Shown: positions 20,332-34,038, counted from the first letter of the stretch. The stretch: DNA of 52,297 nt from Sphaeroforma arctica JP610 (GCF_001186125.1 NW_014040442.1:96110-148406), one strand, 5' to 3'. Numbers and translations are program-made. Notes: generated from the sequence alone by a model not told the origin.

Positions 20332-21153
20332 TGCTAGAACAAAATCAACACTGTTATTCTTATCTCCTATACAGTAACAGTTCGGTACTAAGTATAGTAC
20401 ACAAGAGAACTGACATATGTCTGAGTATCAATATAGAGGGGATTCACTAAACACCACCCCGTGGGTATGTAGATTCCACTAATCACTACCCTTGACGATC
20501 ACTTAGTAGATATATCCTCAAACCCTACCATATTTTTTAGGGGTAGTGATTAGTGAAATCACATCATTTTAGGGTAGTAAATAGTGGATTTTGAGAGGCG
20601 GGTTGAATAAGCTTGTGATAGAGTTCATATACAAGTTTTCACATGCGAATTAATTTCCTTCTTTATTCTGTAGTCCTAACGTACATTGTAAATACTTTCC
20701 GGCAAAGTGTACGCTCTGATGAGAGCGGTCATTTTGTGATTTGCCAAGTATTTGCGGAGTTCTGACGATGTACAAGTCTTGGCAGTGTGATACTTCGCAG
20801 AACATATTTTGCATATTTGTGGATTTCCCTTGCGCTTGTTTTTACGTCGATTCCTGGCACGTCGACCCTTTTTACGCCCTCGATGACCAGGATTGTTTGG
20901 AGGATATACCTGACATAATTTGCTCTCGATATCGAGTTCATTTGTAATTTGAAGAGTCTCCGAATACTGCTTCACGTATGTCTTGCATCAATATATTATG
21001 ACACTCACTCCACATGGCAGAATGTCAATGTATTATGACACTCACAGATTACATGATATACTTTCTTGTGAACTATTACATTGTCTACACAATATACAAC
21101 CCTGCAAAAAGGGATAATAAAGTTACTCGATTCATAGTTTTATTTAATCAACA
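20332..21153 (+). repeat. 5' LTR of the copia element, interrupted by a Mutator-like insert
   Basis: 20332-20435 joined to 20996-21153 matches 36244-36506. Confidence 0.88.
20436..20986 (-). mobile_element. Mutator-like (MULE) DNA transposon fragment
   Basis: Perfect 9-bp TSD ATCAATATA (20427-20435 and 20987-20995). ORF 20676-20975 has PP..PGHRGRKKGRR and CKICSAKYHTAKTC, typical of MULE transposase C-termini. Inverted sub-repeats at the left end. Confidence 0.72.
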
Positions 21154-21266
21154 CTAGACTCCTACAATAGTGTCTCTCCTCTGTCTCATACCCTTCGCAT
21201 TCAGCTACCCCACGCGCTACACATCTGCGGGTACCACAATCACGGGTATACACACAGTCATCCAAC

Positions 21267-22790
21267 ATGCCTCCCTCCATTGAAGTCTTTACTATACCCC
21301 AGGCCTTCGACTCCCTCGAAAGTGCTATTGCATTTCATGATGATCTTTGGCCTGGTTGTCCTACGTATCAGACGCTTGACGAGGCAAACACGCACTTCCT
21401 TAACATTCATGCCATGCTCAATGAATTCCAACTCGTTGCTCACGACATCCCCGTTAGCACGGCTGTCGTCCTAGCCCATCTCGTCGTCTCGCACACCAAT
21501 GCTCATCGCATTAAACCCAACCGCGACCATTATCACGACGATGCTACCCGCTATAAACAGAAATCCATTGACTTGGAATACGAACTCAACCAACTCCACG
21601 ATCTTCATTCCAGTATTGAGCGTGAACGGGATATTCTTAAGCGCCGCCTCGACGAAGCCCTTGAAAAGCTTGCTCGTACTGAAGCTCATCTCCACGATGA
21701 GATCAAATCTGATCACGATTCTTCTCGTCTTCAAGACCTAGTTACTACTCTTCGTGCCGACCTTCAAGCTGCCTTTGATCAAATACAGGCTATTCGTCGT
21801 GTCCACAAGAAACCTCAGTCCATCGCTGAGAAATATGACATCTCTCCCACCAAGCCTGCCGTTGCCATCACCGACTGCCCCAAATATAAGGACATTTATA
21901 AGCGCACCAAACTCAAGGATTATACTAACTTCGGAAACTGGCTCATTGGCTTACGTATGGAACTTGACCACTTTGATGTTATCCATCGCCTTCACCCTCA
22001 TTGTGACGACGTCTCAGTCGGAGGCGGCCCCGACATGCTCGCTGACGCCCGCTGCCGCCGCATTCTCGTTGACTCCATCAATGAGACACTGATTAATTCT
22101 ATATACAAGTCTCATGTGTCCAAGGCACCCCATGCTTACTTTAAACACATCTGCCTCACCTTGCATGTATGCTTGTGGTAACCTCCAGCCCCGGTACAGT
22201 CGGCAACCATTACAGGCAGTCATGGTCATTTCTGGACTGCCATGAAATCTCTCATCAATTTCACCGCCACCGGGTCTCCCGATTTGACTCTTCAGGCACT
22301 AGACGACATCCGCCGACATCTTCTTGACGTTGGCAAAGTCGTTCCTGATAAGTATCTTATCTGTGCCCTCTTATACAGTCGCAGTGGCGACTACAAACTC
22401 CTTCGTTGCGACATTTTCGCTCAGGATATTGATGCACTCACCATCGATGAACTCACCATCGATGCACTCACCATCGATGATGTCTACATGAAAGTCACGA
22501 ATTTCACAGGCGATTACCATCTTGACGTCTCCCCTTCTCCTTCCGGTTTAAACGCACTTACCGTCGGCAATCCTTCAACGCCTTCCACCGCTGGTCCTAC
22601 TCGCCGAAACAAGCCTTGTCCTATTTGTACTCAACCAGGCCACAGTATTTTTGGGTGCCCCGATTCCATTTGTCGCCGTTGTGGCTCCAATGACCACAAA
22701 GGCAATAAATGTCCCGTGGTCCGTTCAGCACTTTCTTGTACCCACTGCTCCCATACAGGTCATAATGCTACCGCGTGTCTCTCCAATTAA
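21267..22790 (+). pseudogene. gag: Copia gag with a coiled-coil-like N-terminal region and three CCHC zinc knuckles
   Basis: ORFs 21267-22181 and 22242-22790; KLKDYTNFGNW copia gag-like motif; CPICTQPGHSIFGC, CRRCGSNDHKGNKC, CTHCSHTGHNATAC. Confidence 0.82.
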
Positions 22791-22859
22791 AGCCACGGGA
22801 TACACAGTGGCACACATTCCGGCCTTCCACCCCATCTCTTTCGCCACGCCGACCCCTCC

Positions 22860-23272
22860 TTGCCTACCGGCCATTTCACTGTACACTGTGCCACTTCTTG
22901 CAATGAACCCGCAACACCCTCATGTGTCGCTAATTCTTTTATTGATTTCGGCGCCATGATTCATATCCGTGACACTACCCAAGGTGTTATTCATCTCGAA
23001 CATGGTGTCTTCACTGTGGAGTTCCTCGACAAATCACAGATTACACCCACACAACGTTGTTATCTTCCAGGCCTTGGTCCGTTCTCATCATGCCACAGGC
23101 TACTCAAAATATCCTTTCCGTTCGCCTCTTACAACGAAATGGTTATCGCATTATCTTTCCTCCGCAACGCGACACCTCTCACCCTACCGAGTGCGTCATC
23201 AACCATCCCAACGGCAGCACTATGCGCACCACATATACACATGGTCTCTACAAAATCACTGTTTGCGTGCGG
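22860..23272 (+). pseudogene. Copia protease region
   Basis: SFIDFGAMIHI (decayed DSGA) and QNILSVRLLQRNGYRIIF...HGLYKI, as in copia PR and pre-integrase regions. Confidence 0.7.
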
Positions 23273-23693
23273 TGTAGGGGACTATAAGTAAAGTGCTAGT
23301 GTATCTAAAGTATGGTGCATTCGAATGAATTTATTTACGATCTCACCTTCAGTTATATATTGATGGTATTTGTACTAGTGTTCAACCACTTGGGTTGGCC
23401 AGGGTAAAAACTCATATGATCAGTATGAGAAACCTATGCAGAACACTTTAGCACTCGGATATATTTTCTAGAAATAAATATATCATATTTTCTGTTACTA
23501 CACTCAGTCTCGGACCTCGGCTCTCGGCTAGCCGGTGGCTTGTGTCCTATAAATAGAATAATCCGAGAATAAGTCTCAAATTACTCTTACGTTCTCTCGG
23601 GCTGACCCACCTATACTTATATTAATTTGAGGACAAGTCCCAAATTACTCTCGGGCTGACGACGTAAAACGCTATTAACGTATGAGTCTCTCA
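23273..23693. repeat. LTR-like insert related to the solo LTR at 11870-12294 (opposite orientation)
   Basis: TG...CA bounded; ~23330-23470 is a reverse-complement homolog of ~12105-12250; no TSD, and the HH half of the copia integrase zinc finger is missing. Confidence 0.65.
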
Positions 23694-23713
23694 ATGAGAG
23701 ACTAAAGTAGTAG

Positions 23714-24830
23714 ACGTATTGATGTTCTTGCCCATCCCACGGATGCGTCTTTTTGTACTACCTGTGCTACCAGCAAAATGCGTCGCCGCCCTATTTCCCA
23801 CACGCTTAAAGATCCTGCAACTCGTCCTCCAATCGGCACGGTTTTTCATGTTGATCTTGAAACTGGCCTCCATTCTTCCGTTGGTGGTTGTACATCCAAC
23901 ATTAAGTTTGTGGATGCCAATTCCGGGATGCCGTTTGTCTATACCCTCAAGTCCAAAGACGAGGCTGCCCATACTCTTGATCGCTTTTACACTGATATCG
24001 GCAAAGACAAGCTCGCCAACCTCCAAGAGTTAAAATGTGATCGCGGCGGAGAGTTCACATCTCCCGTGTTCAACGCTATCAACACAGTTGCCCACGTGAA
24101 AGTCCGCTATGTTCCGACCAACTCCTCTGCTTTACAAGGTCTCGCCGAGCATGTCAATAGCAGCATAAACGACCTTATGGCTAGTCTACTTCACCATAGT
24201 CAGCAACCCGAACAAATGTGGGCTGAAGCCATCCGTGATGCCACTCTTCTCAAAGCCATTCAACACAATCAGCGTAATCCCGACAACAAGTCGTCCTGGG
24301 AGATGTTCTACGGCGTATCACTCCAATCCCGCTTACGCTCCTTGTATGTTTACGGCTGTCTTGCTTACGTCAATCAAGATCCACAGCGTAAGCTTGATGA
24401 TCGTGTTCTCCTCGGCGTGTATCTAGGCCATGGCACTAAGTATTACGACGAGTGTCGCTTACTCAGTGCGAAAACTGGTCGCATTTGTCCTTCTCGTGAC
24501 GTCAAACTTAGCGATCGTGTATTCCCCACCTGGACAACTGTTGGTACAACCCCTCTTTCACAGTTTCTCACACCCAACGAAGACTCGGGCTTACTATGCT
24601 ACTACGTCGTCTTCCACTTACCCTACGCTAAGTATTACGACGAGTGTCGCATACTCAGTGCGAAAACTGGTCGCATTGTCATTCTCGTGACGTCAAACTT
24701 AACGATCGTGTATTCCCCGCCTGGACAACTGTTGGTACTACCCCTCTTTCACAGTTTCTCACACCCAACGAAGACTCGGGCTTGCTATGCTACTACGCCG
24801 TCTTTCACTTACCCTACGTCTCCGTCCGCT
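23714..24830 (+). pseudogene. pol: Copia integrase
   Basis: FCTTCATSK, VFHVDL, KCDRGGEFTS, QGLAEHVN, WAEAI, VYGCLAYV, KLDDR...GVYLG, SRDVK; includes a 192-bp duplication. Confidence 0.92.
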
Positions 24831-25729
24831 ACCACCGCCCAGTCTACAGGTTCTCCTCATACTCCTCCCTCCCCAATGGCCCCATCCGCCTCTCCTCTTT
24901 CAGGGGAACTATCTCATTCCGCTTCAGGGGAGGTTCCACCAATTGTAGGGGAGGTTTCACTCGCTTCTCCTCCTTTAGAGGCGCTCTCCCATTTAGCTTC
25001 AGGGGAGGTTTCCTCTCCTGCCCCAGCTTCACTTCTCCGTCAGCTTCCCCCCCAACTCCAAGGGAGCCTTTAGGGGAGCCTACTACCCCTAGTTCCGACC
25101 ACTACTCTTCACCTGCTCCCGCCATTAATGCCACCCCCCCCCCCCCCTCCCGCCGCCTCTCGAAGATACCATTAATGCCGATATCCGTACTCATACTGCC
25201 AGACATCCCACATCACGCACCCTTCGCGGTCTCCTTCTCTAACTCCGGACCCTTACTTGCCCCGCCCTTACCCAATAATATGTGCATGACACGTCAACGC
25301 GCTCACCAAATGACTGCCCATAATGTCCAGTCTCAAAATGCCCTCGCTCTCCTTCCCACGCCTCGACCGTTACGGCATATCACATGGTCATCAGACATTG
25401 AAAATACTGGCCCCCTTCACCCCTTTCGTCGCACATCTTCTACTCCACCCATCCCCCTCGATCTTTCTCGCAACGAATCTCTGCTTCGTCACAAACACAC
25501 CCACTCGTTTGCCCATCTTCGCCGTACCTATTCCCAAAACAAGATCGATCGATGACTTCGCCGTACCACCTCTCAACTGACACGATCCTTTCCACCCATT
25601 GTTGTTCCATCCCCTTCGTCTCCCTCCTCTCATCCCCTTTGCTCGGTCACTCTGCCCGATACCATCCCTGTCCCGCTCCGCACTCCGATGTCATCTCTAC
25701 CTCCGTCCCAGCAACAGCTCTACAACGAC

Positions 25730-25997
25730 ACAGCCCGCCACATATACTCTGTTACGTGTTTAGCCGTTCAGTCTCATCCCCTCACCCCCAAATCCATCCG
25801 TGAAGCACTCCGTGGTGAAGACGCCGACCTTTGGTGCGCTGCCATCGAACGTGAACTTCATAGCCTCGCCAAATCCAACACATATGATCTTCTTAAGCCC
25901 GAATATGTCCCAGATGATGCTTGTATTGTTTCCAGCAAGTGGGTCTTTAAAGTCAAATTGATTGACGGCATAGTTGATAAATACAAGGCACGATTAT
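25730..25997 (+). pseudogene. pol: Copia reverse transcriptase, N-terminal part
   Basis: PKSIREAL...WCAAIERELHSL...TYDL...KWVFKVK...YKARL, cut by element D. Confidence 0.9.
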
Positions 25998-26230
25998 TGT
26001 GGTAAACGAACGCTTCAATAAATGTATCGCAACGTTCTCCCTACGTAGAGAGGGAGACGTTGTTCATTTATTAGTAATTGTAAAATTAGTGACTCTAAAA
26101 GTGAGTCATAAGTCATGTGCTGTAATAGTCAGCAAAAACCAAGTTTATCAGATTATTCTGATAAACTGTAAAAAAAACTATAATTGCTAAAATAAACAAC
26201 TAAAACCTAAGTACTTGTATTCTGGCCACA
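25998..26230 (-). repeat. 3' LTR of element D
   Basis: Direct repeat of 34379-34609. Confidence 0.95.
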
Positions 26231-26399
26231 ACCCCCCCAAACTGAAGCACTGACCGAAAAGCAGTGTGCCAGTTTTAGAGATAGTGAGGAATACCCAAGT
26301 AACTTAGTTGCTGGCATTTATCCTCTGAGAGCTAGAGGGCTCGACGATTACGGTTCGAGCGCACCGTCCTACCGAGTAGGCATATCTGAAGATATAATT

Positions 26400-28050
26400 T
26401 TAGATTTGGGCACGTTGGCGTTTACGTGTCCATGGCTGCGAAGCTTTGTGGTAGTCCGCGATATCGTTGGCATCATCAAAAGCCTCCGATGTTTCCCACG
26501 TTGGATCGCCTTCACGCCATCGCACCAAGTATTCCAATTCCCTGTTTCATCATTAGTACGGTGTGTAATAATGTGGCGAAACTCAACACCTCCTCATGTC
26601 CACATTTCGTCGTTAAGTGGTGGGTCTGTGCGCCTATGCACTAACCGGAGGAGTTCCACCCGTACCGGTTTGTGATTGAATTCTGGAGGGGCGGATCCGT
26701 CTTTATTCGCTAACTCATATCGTTGTCCGATCCTGGCCTTCACCACATACGGCCCAAACAGTGGCCGCATTGCCTTAGTCGTTCTACCATCCGATCGTAC
26801 CATAACCACATCGCCTTCGTCGAAATGGACCAAGTCATGAGCGTGCAGGCGGTCAAATGTCTTCGTAAGTTTGCCTGTATACTTCTTGGTAATGTGGTGG
26901 AGAGTCGGCAGTATGGTATCCAGCAACTGGTCTAACCGTTGTGCCCAGGTGTCGTTCGTCATCGGCTAGGTATCCGGTAAGTCATCAGTGAAGTGGGCAA
27001 ATGGAACATGACGGCGGCCAAAATATACACTGAACGGCGCGCTCTTGTGACATCAGAATTCCGAAAGTTCTGATAGAGCATCGTAAACCGAAGGCGTTCG
27101 TCTCATCGTAGAGGAACTGCCTCACAGCATTGTCGAATGGAACGTGTAATCTCCTTATGACGGCGTTCAGCAGCACCCAGTACCTGGGGTCGATATGGAG
27201 GTGACACCTTGTGTAGCGTATCCAGCAACTGGTCTAACCGTTGTGCCCAGGTGTCGTTCGTCATCGGCTGGGTATCCGGTAAGTCATCAGTGAAGTGGGC
27301 AAATGGTACATGACGGCGGCCAAAATATACACTGAACGGCGCGCTCTTGTGACGTCGGGATATCCGAAGGTTCTGATAGAGCATCGTAAACCGAAGGCGT
27401 TCGTCTCATCGTAGAGGAACTGCCTCACAGCATTGTCGAATGGAACGTGTAATCTCCTTATGACGGCGTTCAGCAGCACCCAGTACCTGGGGTCGATATG
27501 GAGGTGACACCTTGTGTAGCATACCCACTTCTTGGACCAGTAGCCCCACTGTCTTGTTAGTGAATTCATTCTCCATGTCCGTCTGGATCATACGTGGGAA
27601 ACCATGCTCGCCAAAAACTGATATTAGTGTCTGTGCCGTCGTCTCATTCGTCTTGTCCGTGTCGCTCGAAGGATTGAGTAGCCTGTAGCAATGTCCAGGA
27701 CGTGAAGTATATAATTGTTCTTTCGTCTGGACTCAAGTGGCATCGGGATATAGTCGACTTGAATATGGCCCCACGGGTAGCGCGCGTCAATGCTAATCAT
27801 CGGGTGGAAACATTTACGAAGCGTATCCTGTCCCAAACATATAGCGCACTGCCGTTTGACTTCCGTTGGCAACTCAAGTGCGCCCGGCCACACATGACCG
27901 TTCTGACGGAGTTGTTGAGTTCGTGGTGCGCTTGTGTGAGTCGCGTACGGCGTTGTTGTTCTACTGGCGTCGCCTGCTCAAATGCCGGTTGACCTTCTGC
28001 ATCCGCCATTGCCACCGAGATCTCTCGCGCGGTATCTAAACATATTACGT
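26400..28050 (-). pseudogene. pol: Element D integrase and chromodomain
   Basis: CAICLGQD, IQVDY, IQTDMENEF, AAERRH, FDEGDVVMV, LEYLVRWREGDPTWE; ~300-bp duplication and frameshifts. Confidence 0.9.
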
Positions 28051-28059
28051 ACGTTGTGT

Positions 28060-28540
28060 GTTTTGGTTCTGCATACCCAAGTCGCTGTGAAAACAGCGGG
28101 TCCAGTTTGAACCCGTTAGGGGGTCCCACTCGTGCAATCACTGTGTGTCCCCATGGCGTCTTGCCACAGGCAAACTTAGCGTACTTGAGGAACGTGTGCC
28201 GCGTTCGTGGGACCAGCACTGGTTCTGATTGCAACAACTGTTTGAACAGGTCAAACCATGGTGCTCTTGGTACCCATGGCAGACACACCGTGGCCCTCGC
28301 ACCATCGGTCCTTATCTTGCGTAACATTCTCTGTATCTTCTCCCATGGTGGGTTCATCTATTCATCGACTGTCGACCAGTCGTGGGCAAACGCCCCTTCC
28401 CCATCGTCTTTAGTCCAAAATCGAGGAAGCTGAGCGTTAGACGAGTCCGCAAATACATCTGTATTGTTCGGACCGAAGTGTTGTTGCGCTTGTTCAAAGT
28501 AACTAGGGAATAACTGCCAACAGTCTGTGTACAGTATTTC
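28060..28540 (-). pseudogene. Dam-like (NPPW) methyltransferase domain of element D
   Basis: LYTDCWQLFPSYF...TDVFADSSNAQLPRFWT...GAFAHDW...E*MNPPW (28343-28354)...ARATVCLPWVPRAPWFDLF...CGKTPW. Confidence 0.85.
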
Positions 28541-30472
28541 AGGTTCGTCCTGCTCCGCAGTCCCCTCATGTACTCTGCTCAACATGCCCGGAAGCACGTT
28601 TGTCTCTCCTGGTATATGTGATATGGTAAAGTTGAACGGTGCTATAATATGGTGTCATCTCTGAAGCATCGATTTAAGCTTGAGCTGTGTATTCATATAC
28701 ACCAGGGCCTTGTGGTCCGTAAAGACTGCAAACCGTTGCCCATCCAAATGTTCCCTAAAATATGTCAGCCCGTACACCAAGGCTAGTAACTCCTTCATTA
28801 GTGTAGCGTAGTTCTGTTGCGCATGGTTCAGAGTCTTGCTAAAGAACATTAAATTAAAAAAATTCCCGTCGACCCATTGGAATAACGCTCTCCCCAAACC
28901 GTAATCGCTAGCGTCGGTTTCCAAGTTCAATGGTATACCGTCGACCGGAAAGTACAACGCCACTGCATTGACAACTGCATCCTTCATCGCCTGCCACGCC
29001 TGTGCATGTCTTTCCTCCCAACGATCGCCGATCAACTCCTTCGATTTGAGTTTGCAAAACTCGCGCAAAGATGCAACTGTGTTCGCGAAGTTGGGGAGAG
29101 ATGTTCATGAAGATAATTCGCCAATCCTAAGGCAGAGCCTATGTCTTTGTACCGTAGTGGGGTAGGCCAGTCGATAAGCTTGGTCTGCTTCTCATGATCA
29201 ATATTTATGCCTTGTGCCAACACCTTCTTCCCTAGGATCATCACTTCGGGAATAGCAAAGTGGCACTTGACGGGGTTGAGCTTAAAACTCTGGTATGTTA
29301 AACGTTGAATCACCTTCTTCACCGTTCGAATATGTTCGTCATAGTCGTCGCTGGCAATAACTATAGCGTCCATATAGTGGTAGACCGGCAAGCCGTTCAG
29401 TATTGTGCTCGAGGTTTGCTGGAACTGTTGCGTGAGCACATGGAGTCCAAATGGCGCCGATGTAAACGAGTACTGATAACGCTCGTGTGTAAAGCTAAAC
29501 AGATATTGTGAATCGGGATGGATCGGTAGCCTGTGATATGCCGCCGATATATCCAGCATAGTGTAGTACTTCTTACTCTTGAGGCGAGAGATAAGTTCGT
29601 TGACCCTGGGAATCAAGAACTGGTCGCCCGGAATAAGCACGTTGACAGCACGCATATCTAAACATACGCGTACCTTCTTCAGGTTCCCTTCTGCATCAAA
29701 CGTCGGGACCGCAAGAAGCGGGAGGTTAACAGTCGTCGGTGTCGTCCGCTTCGTGATCACCAAATCCGCCAACCACTTCTTCACCTGCTCGTCCACGTAT
29801 GGTAGCCACCGGTCGGATACAAAGTTACGCGTTGATCTGCGCATGTGCATCGCCTGTTCATGGGTTACTGGAATGGTAACTTCGCTCCCTTCCAGACGAC
29901 ATCGCGCCTTGTCAGCAATCTGCGCGTTCGCCTCTAAATCCTGTGCCAGCCGTTGACGTGCAACGGCGGGTTCCATCGTGTTCGGTGCCTGTCGTCGTGG
30001 GATGGGTTCGAGGAGCTCATCGAGTTCTGTGGGGTCTATTGGTGCAAGTGAAGATTGGATGCCGCCTATGTATAGACTCAAGCCTTTCAACATATCTTGT
30101 CTCGCTATGATGTCTATTCCTGCCGGTAAATTCATTAATTCCAGTGACCCGTCGGATAATCTTGGTCCCATACCGAATGGGTACCACTTCCGTCGTCCCC
30201 AGTTGAGGAGTTCGAACCTCCTTGTCAGCTAAATATATGAATTACCCAGGTGGTGCTGGAGTTATTGGGCGGCCGAGGAGGTCTGCGGATGTCTGTGAGA
30301 TACAACTTCTGTTTGCTCCCGTGTCTAACAATGCTTTGAACGTACGTCCATTAACTTGCACTTGAATATAAACTCGGTTATCAAAAGACAGTAATGGGTC
30401 CTGTATCGCCATCACTTCCCTAATAGTATTAACAAATGTGAAGCTCATATCCGACTAAGACACCCTCACATC
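28541..30472 (-). pseudogene. pol: Element D protease, reverse transcriptase and RNase H
   Basis: ALLDTGANRS; KVRVCLDMRAVN, LDISAAYH, PFGL, YMDA (mutated YxDD); ETDASDYG, KELLALV, FTDHKAL. Confidence 0.93.
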
Positions 30473-32715
30473 TCATGCTTGATCGGTAACAGTCTCCCAT
30501 ATACCGTAATCCTGGTCTGGTTCCAGTATTGTGTGCTCGAAGTCTTCCGTGAGCATCATGTTGATGTGTACCTCTGTAGCTGCTGATGGTGGTACAAAAC
30601 TGTCGTCGTTTGTAATCGTGTTCATCTGTACTTGCGGAGTCGGACGTGTAGTGACCAAGTCTTTGCCCGAGTTGTTGGGCTGTCCCTGTCCTAAGGTTGA
30701 AGCTGCGGACGGTCTGTGTGCAGGTTGTGCGTCTCGTGATGTGCGGTTGGTGTCATACGGTCGCGCCCTGCCGTCCGTACCCCCTCGGGGCGACGCTCGG
30801 AAATGGTGACATCGCGAAATATGACGTGAACCTGGCGGTGCTTGTGCCTGACATCCAGCACACGTTGTAGGTAATGTCGGCTGGGGTCGCTGTGCCCAGT
30901 TCTGGGACTGTCGTCGAACCGTCTGCGGGTTAGAGCGGCTATTGGTGTAGTCACGAGCCCCATTACTTGGTGGACCATCGCAATTATTACGGTTCTGGAG
31001 TCGCGCCGCAGTGCGCTGCTGTGCGTCCTGAATGTCGGGACTCAACAACTGTAGAAGCTCGTGGGTCTTCATTAACTGCCATTTGGGATGTAATTGTAGA
31101 GTGCCTTCATACGTACGGCGGTTGAGAGCTTCCTCCAACAGTTGAACAATGCAGTGGTTTAATAAATTCTGTTGGAAGTCGGCATCCGTCTGGCATCATT
31201 CACGTGCCCTCCTTTGGTTCTCCATGAGCTGTATCATGTGTTCCATAATAGGGGTGTGCATGTTGCGGTTATGGCCCTTGGCAAGCTTACAAAACACGGG
31301 ATCAACAGTGGCTTGAGAGTCTCGTGTGAGCAAATCTGTTCGATTTGTGGTTGTGGCGTCCACATCTTCAATCGTTCAGAGTTGTCACGTATGTAATCCA
31401 ATGTTGACTTCTCAGCCTCTAAGTAGGATAATACCTTGTGGAACCATATAAGGCTCCAACTCTCATCTAACCCTGCGATTTGCGCGTTCTTAAAAGCCTC
31501 CAGTAAAGCCCCCTTCGTGTCCCGTTCCATGAAGTCGTGGAGGTGGTATCTATTCGAGGGCCAATCGGGCCATGTACGAGGTGATGGTACTGGACGCTTT
31601 TTCACTGGACGGGACTCTGGCGTGGCTCGAAGCGTTTCGATCGCTCCCCTAAGAGCTTCAGCTCGAGCCGTATTATTATCCTCTATTGCTTGGCATAGCT
31701 CGTCGCTCAAGTGTAGTATACGTGCGTGTAGCACCTGTCGACTTTTCTCGATACTCGCCGGTGTGGGTGGAGGTGTGAGCGTCGTCGTCTTCGCTCGCTT
31801 AGGCGTCTGTACATACTCACTGGTTGCTGCCCTCTCGAACGATTGTCGCTGTTGTTGTTGGCGATAGGTCGTGCTCATCTGGTCCTGCCTGTTCTTGAGC
31901 GCTTCCTGCCCATGTGGGTTTTGTTTGGCCAACACCTGCTCACGTGCGAATTCTTGGAATGACGAAGCCTCGTCCAGAGACGACAAAGTCTCTTCTTCCT
32001 CGGAGAGTTGACCTGCCGACCCAGGTGATTCATACCCGAGTCCATGTTGCTGTTGTGAACGGCCTTGGATACGAAACGTGGGATTGCCCTCCCTACCTCG
32101 TGCCCTATGCCCCCGTTTATATGGGCTAGTCAACGCTTCGTGCGCGGACAACGTTGTCGTAGGTCGTTCTGAAGATGTACGCTTCAGCCTTTGTTCGTAT
32201 TTCTCCAAGAGCGACTGTTGTTGTGCCATGAGCTCGGTTAGCTTCTGTGTTGACGACTGGCCCTGCACCGTGCCCTTGTTGTTGGAACGACGGCGGTGGC
32301 GCCTACGCTTATTAGGTGGGAAGCGTGGTTGCTCGTTACCGGAAGATGAGGCTCCAGAGATACCCGAAGACGAACAGGAGGGCAGCCCACTACTAGCTAC
32401 ATGTTCACCAGTACTGGACTGCCCCCTGTCCGCACGCAAGTCGGGATCTCCTTTGGCCTCGTCACTAATTACCACGTCTTCCTTCGTTAGGCTGATATCA
32501 CCCTTGGGTGTCTTGGATGCCTGTCTAATGTTAGCCGCTGCTTGGTGATGAACCTCTCTATTCTGTAGTTCCATCTGTCCGTTCTCAGCACGTTGGCCGG
32601 TATGGTCCGTGACAGACTGGTGGCGCTTAGTCCCTCGACGGTCTATGGAGTCTTCCTCCCGACGTTCAGGGGTCAGATGTTGCTGCTTACGGCTTTGACG
32701 TAGGTTGGACGTAAT
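30473..32715 (-). pseudogene. gag: Element D gag
   Basis: ORFs 31234-32574 and 30473-31138. The N-terminus TSNLRQSRKQQHLTPERR near 32715 matches C (MTNIRQTRRQQQLSPEQR) and B (MPSTRKSRREHGLEPEQQ). Confidence 0.82.
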
Positions 32716-34038
32716 AGTACGTTGTGTAGTTCAATGGAGGTATACGTTGTGTGGTTCAATGGAGGTTTGTAATGTATGTAAACGTCCTCGAAATAGGTCG
32801 GGTATAAATACTTCTCCGTCCTAGAGATCGTTTCTCATCTCAACAAGTCTCGACACTGTTTGCCCGGAAAGATTTATTCCGTGCCTTTCACTACGTCCTT
32901 TTCAGAGTGGTACATTAGTAAATGAATTCTGCTCATGCCTCCAGCAGACTATGGTGCCGTATATCCTTCGATGAAATACTTGTCGGGGTTCACCCTACAC
33001 TCCTTGGGTGCTACTCCAACCTCCTAGTGGAGTCACATCCTTAGAGAGCTCCACCGCTCTCGCTTTACTCTTCTTCCTATGCTAATCATACTCCCTTGTG
33101 CAGCTGCATGTGCCGTTGCGGTTGTCGGTATGTAACTGCCTATTGTCGGCCTGTCGTGCCCTACAGACCCCTCTGTTTACCTCTAGATCCTGCTTGGTAC
33201 TTTCTTTCGAGCATCTCTAACACAAAGTCCTTCCTAGACAAGTAGTTCCCAGTGCCTCTGTGGATTCTAACTGTGCATTATACAATTCTTACCTCGACAT
33301 CCCCTAGTTTACCAGATATCATCCCTATCTATGTACTGTAACTTCTAAGGTGGTTCTTTGATTTACAGTAAGACTCAAATTGTACTATTAGTCCGTATCG
33401 TACCACGATCCTATTGCTAACCTCTTTGTTCAATGTACCTGGGTACCATTTAAATATGGACATACTCTCTACCCCTTCGATCTCTCAATTTCGTCAAGAA
33501 GAATCTCTCTTACCACGTTAGTAACGTACTATGCTTATGATATCATGATATACATCTATAATTGTTTACGCTGACTTGTTCTTTGTGTCCTTACTTGCTT
33601 TCTAACCTTCATTTTAGTCCCTTTAAGTATCTTCTAACTGGGACATTGCGAACTACCTAACTTTTCCCTTTGTCTATGCCTAGAGTTAGGGCGTATTTCT
33701 TGTAGTATTATATCTACTTGCCCCATCTACCGTAGGTGCAACATTCCTAATTCTATTCTTGATTGCTTCTATGCATACAACCTCTTAGATCTTACTCACT
33801 ATATAAACTGGTTCCATTTCTCTAACGCAATTTCTACTGAGTATCCTCTAACCAAAAATATTTCCAGAATAGGGTTGTAACTCGATATCTAACTCACAAT
33901 TTTACCCACACTATTTGTTTCTACAACATATAATCACCAAACTATTTTGCACCATCGTTTCTACTTAACTGATCGTCTGGCTGGTCCCTCGTCTTGGCCG
34001 TTTGGCCCTTCTTGTCCTGCTCATTTCGTTCTTGTACT

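Noticed and set aside
3578..32548. Plus-strand ORFs overlapping gypsy gag/pol (e.g. 4227-4634, 15268-15735, 29579-29956, 31436-31867)
   Set aside because: Antisense shadows of the real minus-strand frames; their mutual similarity only reflects pol/gag homology.
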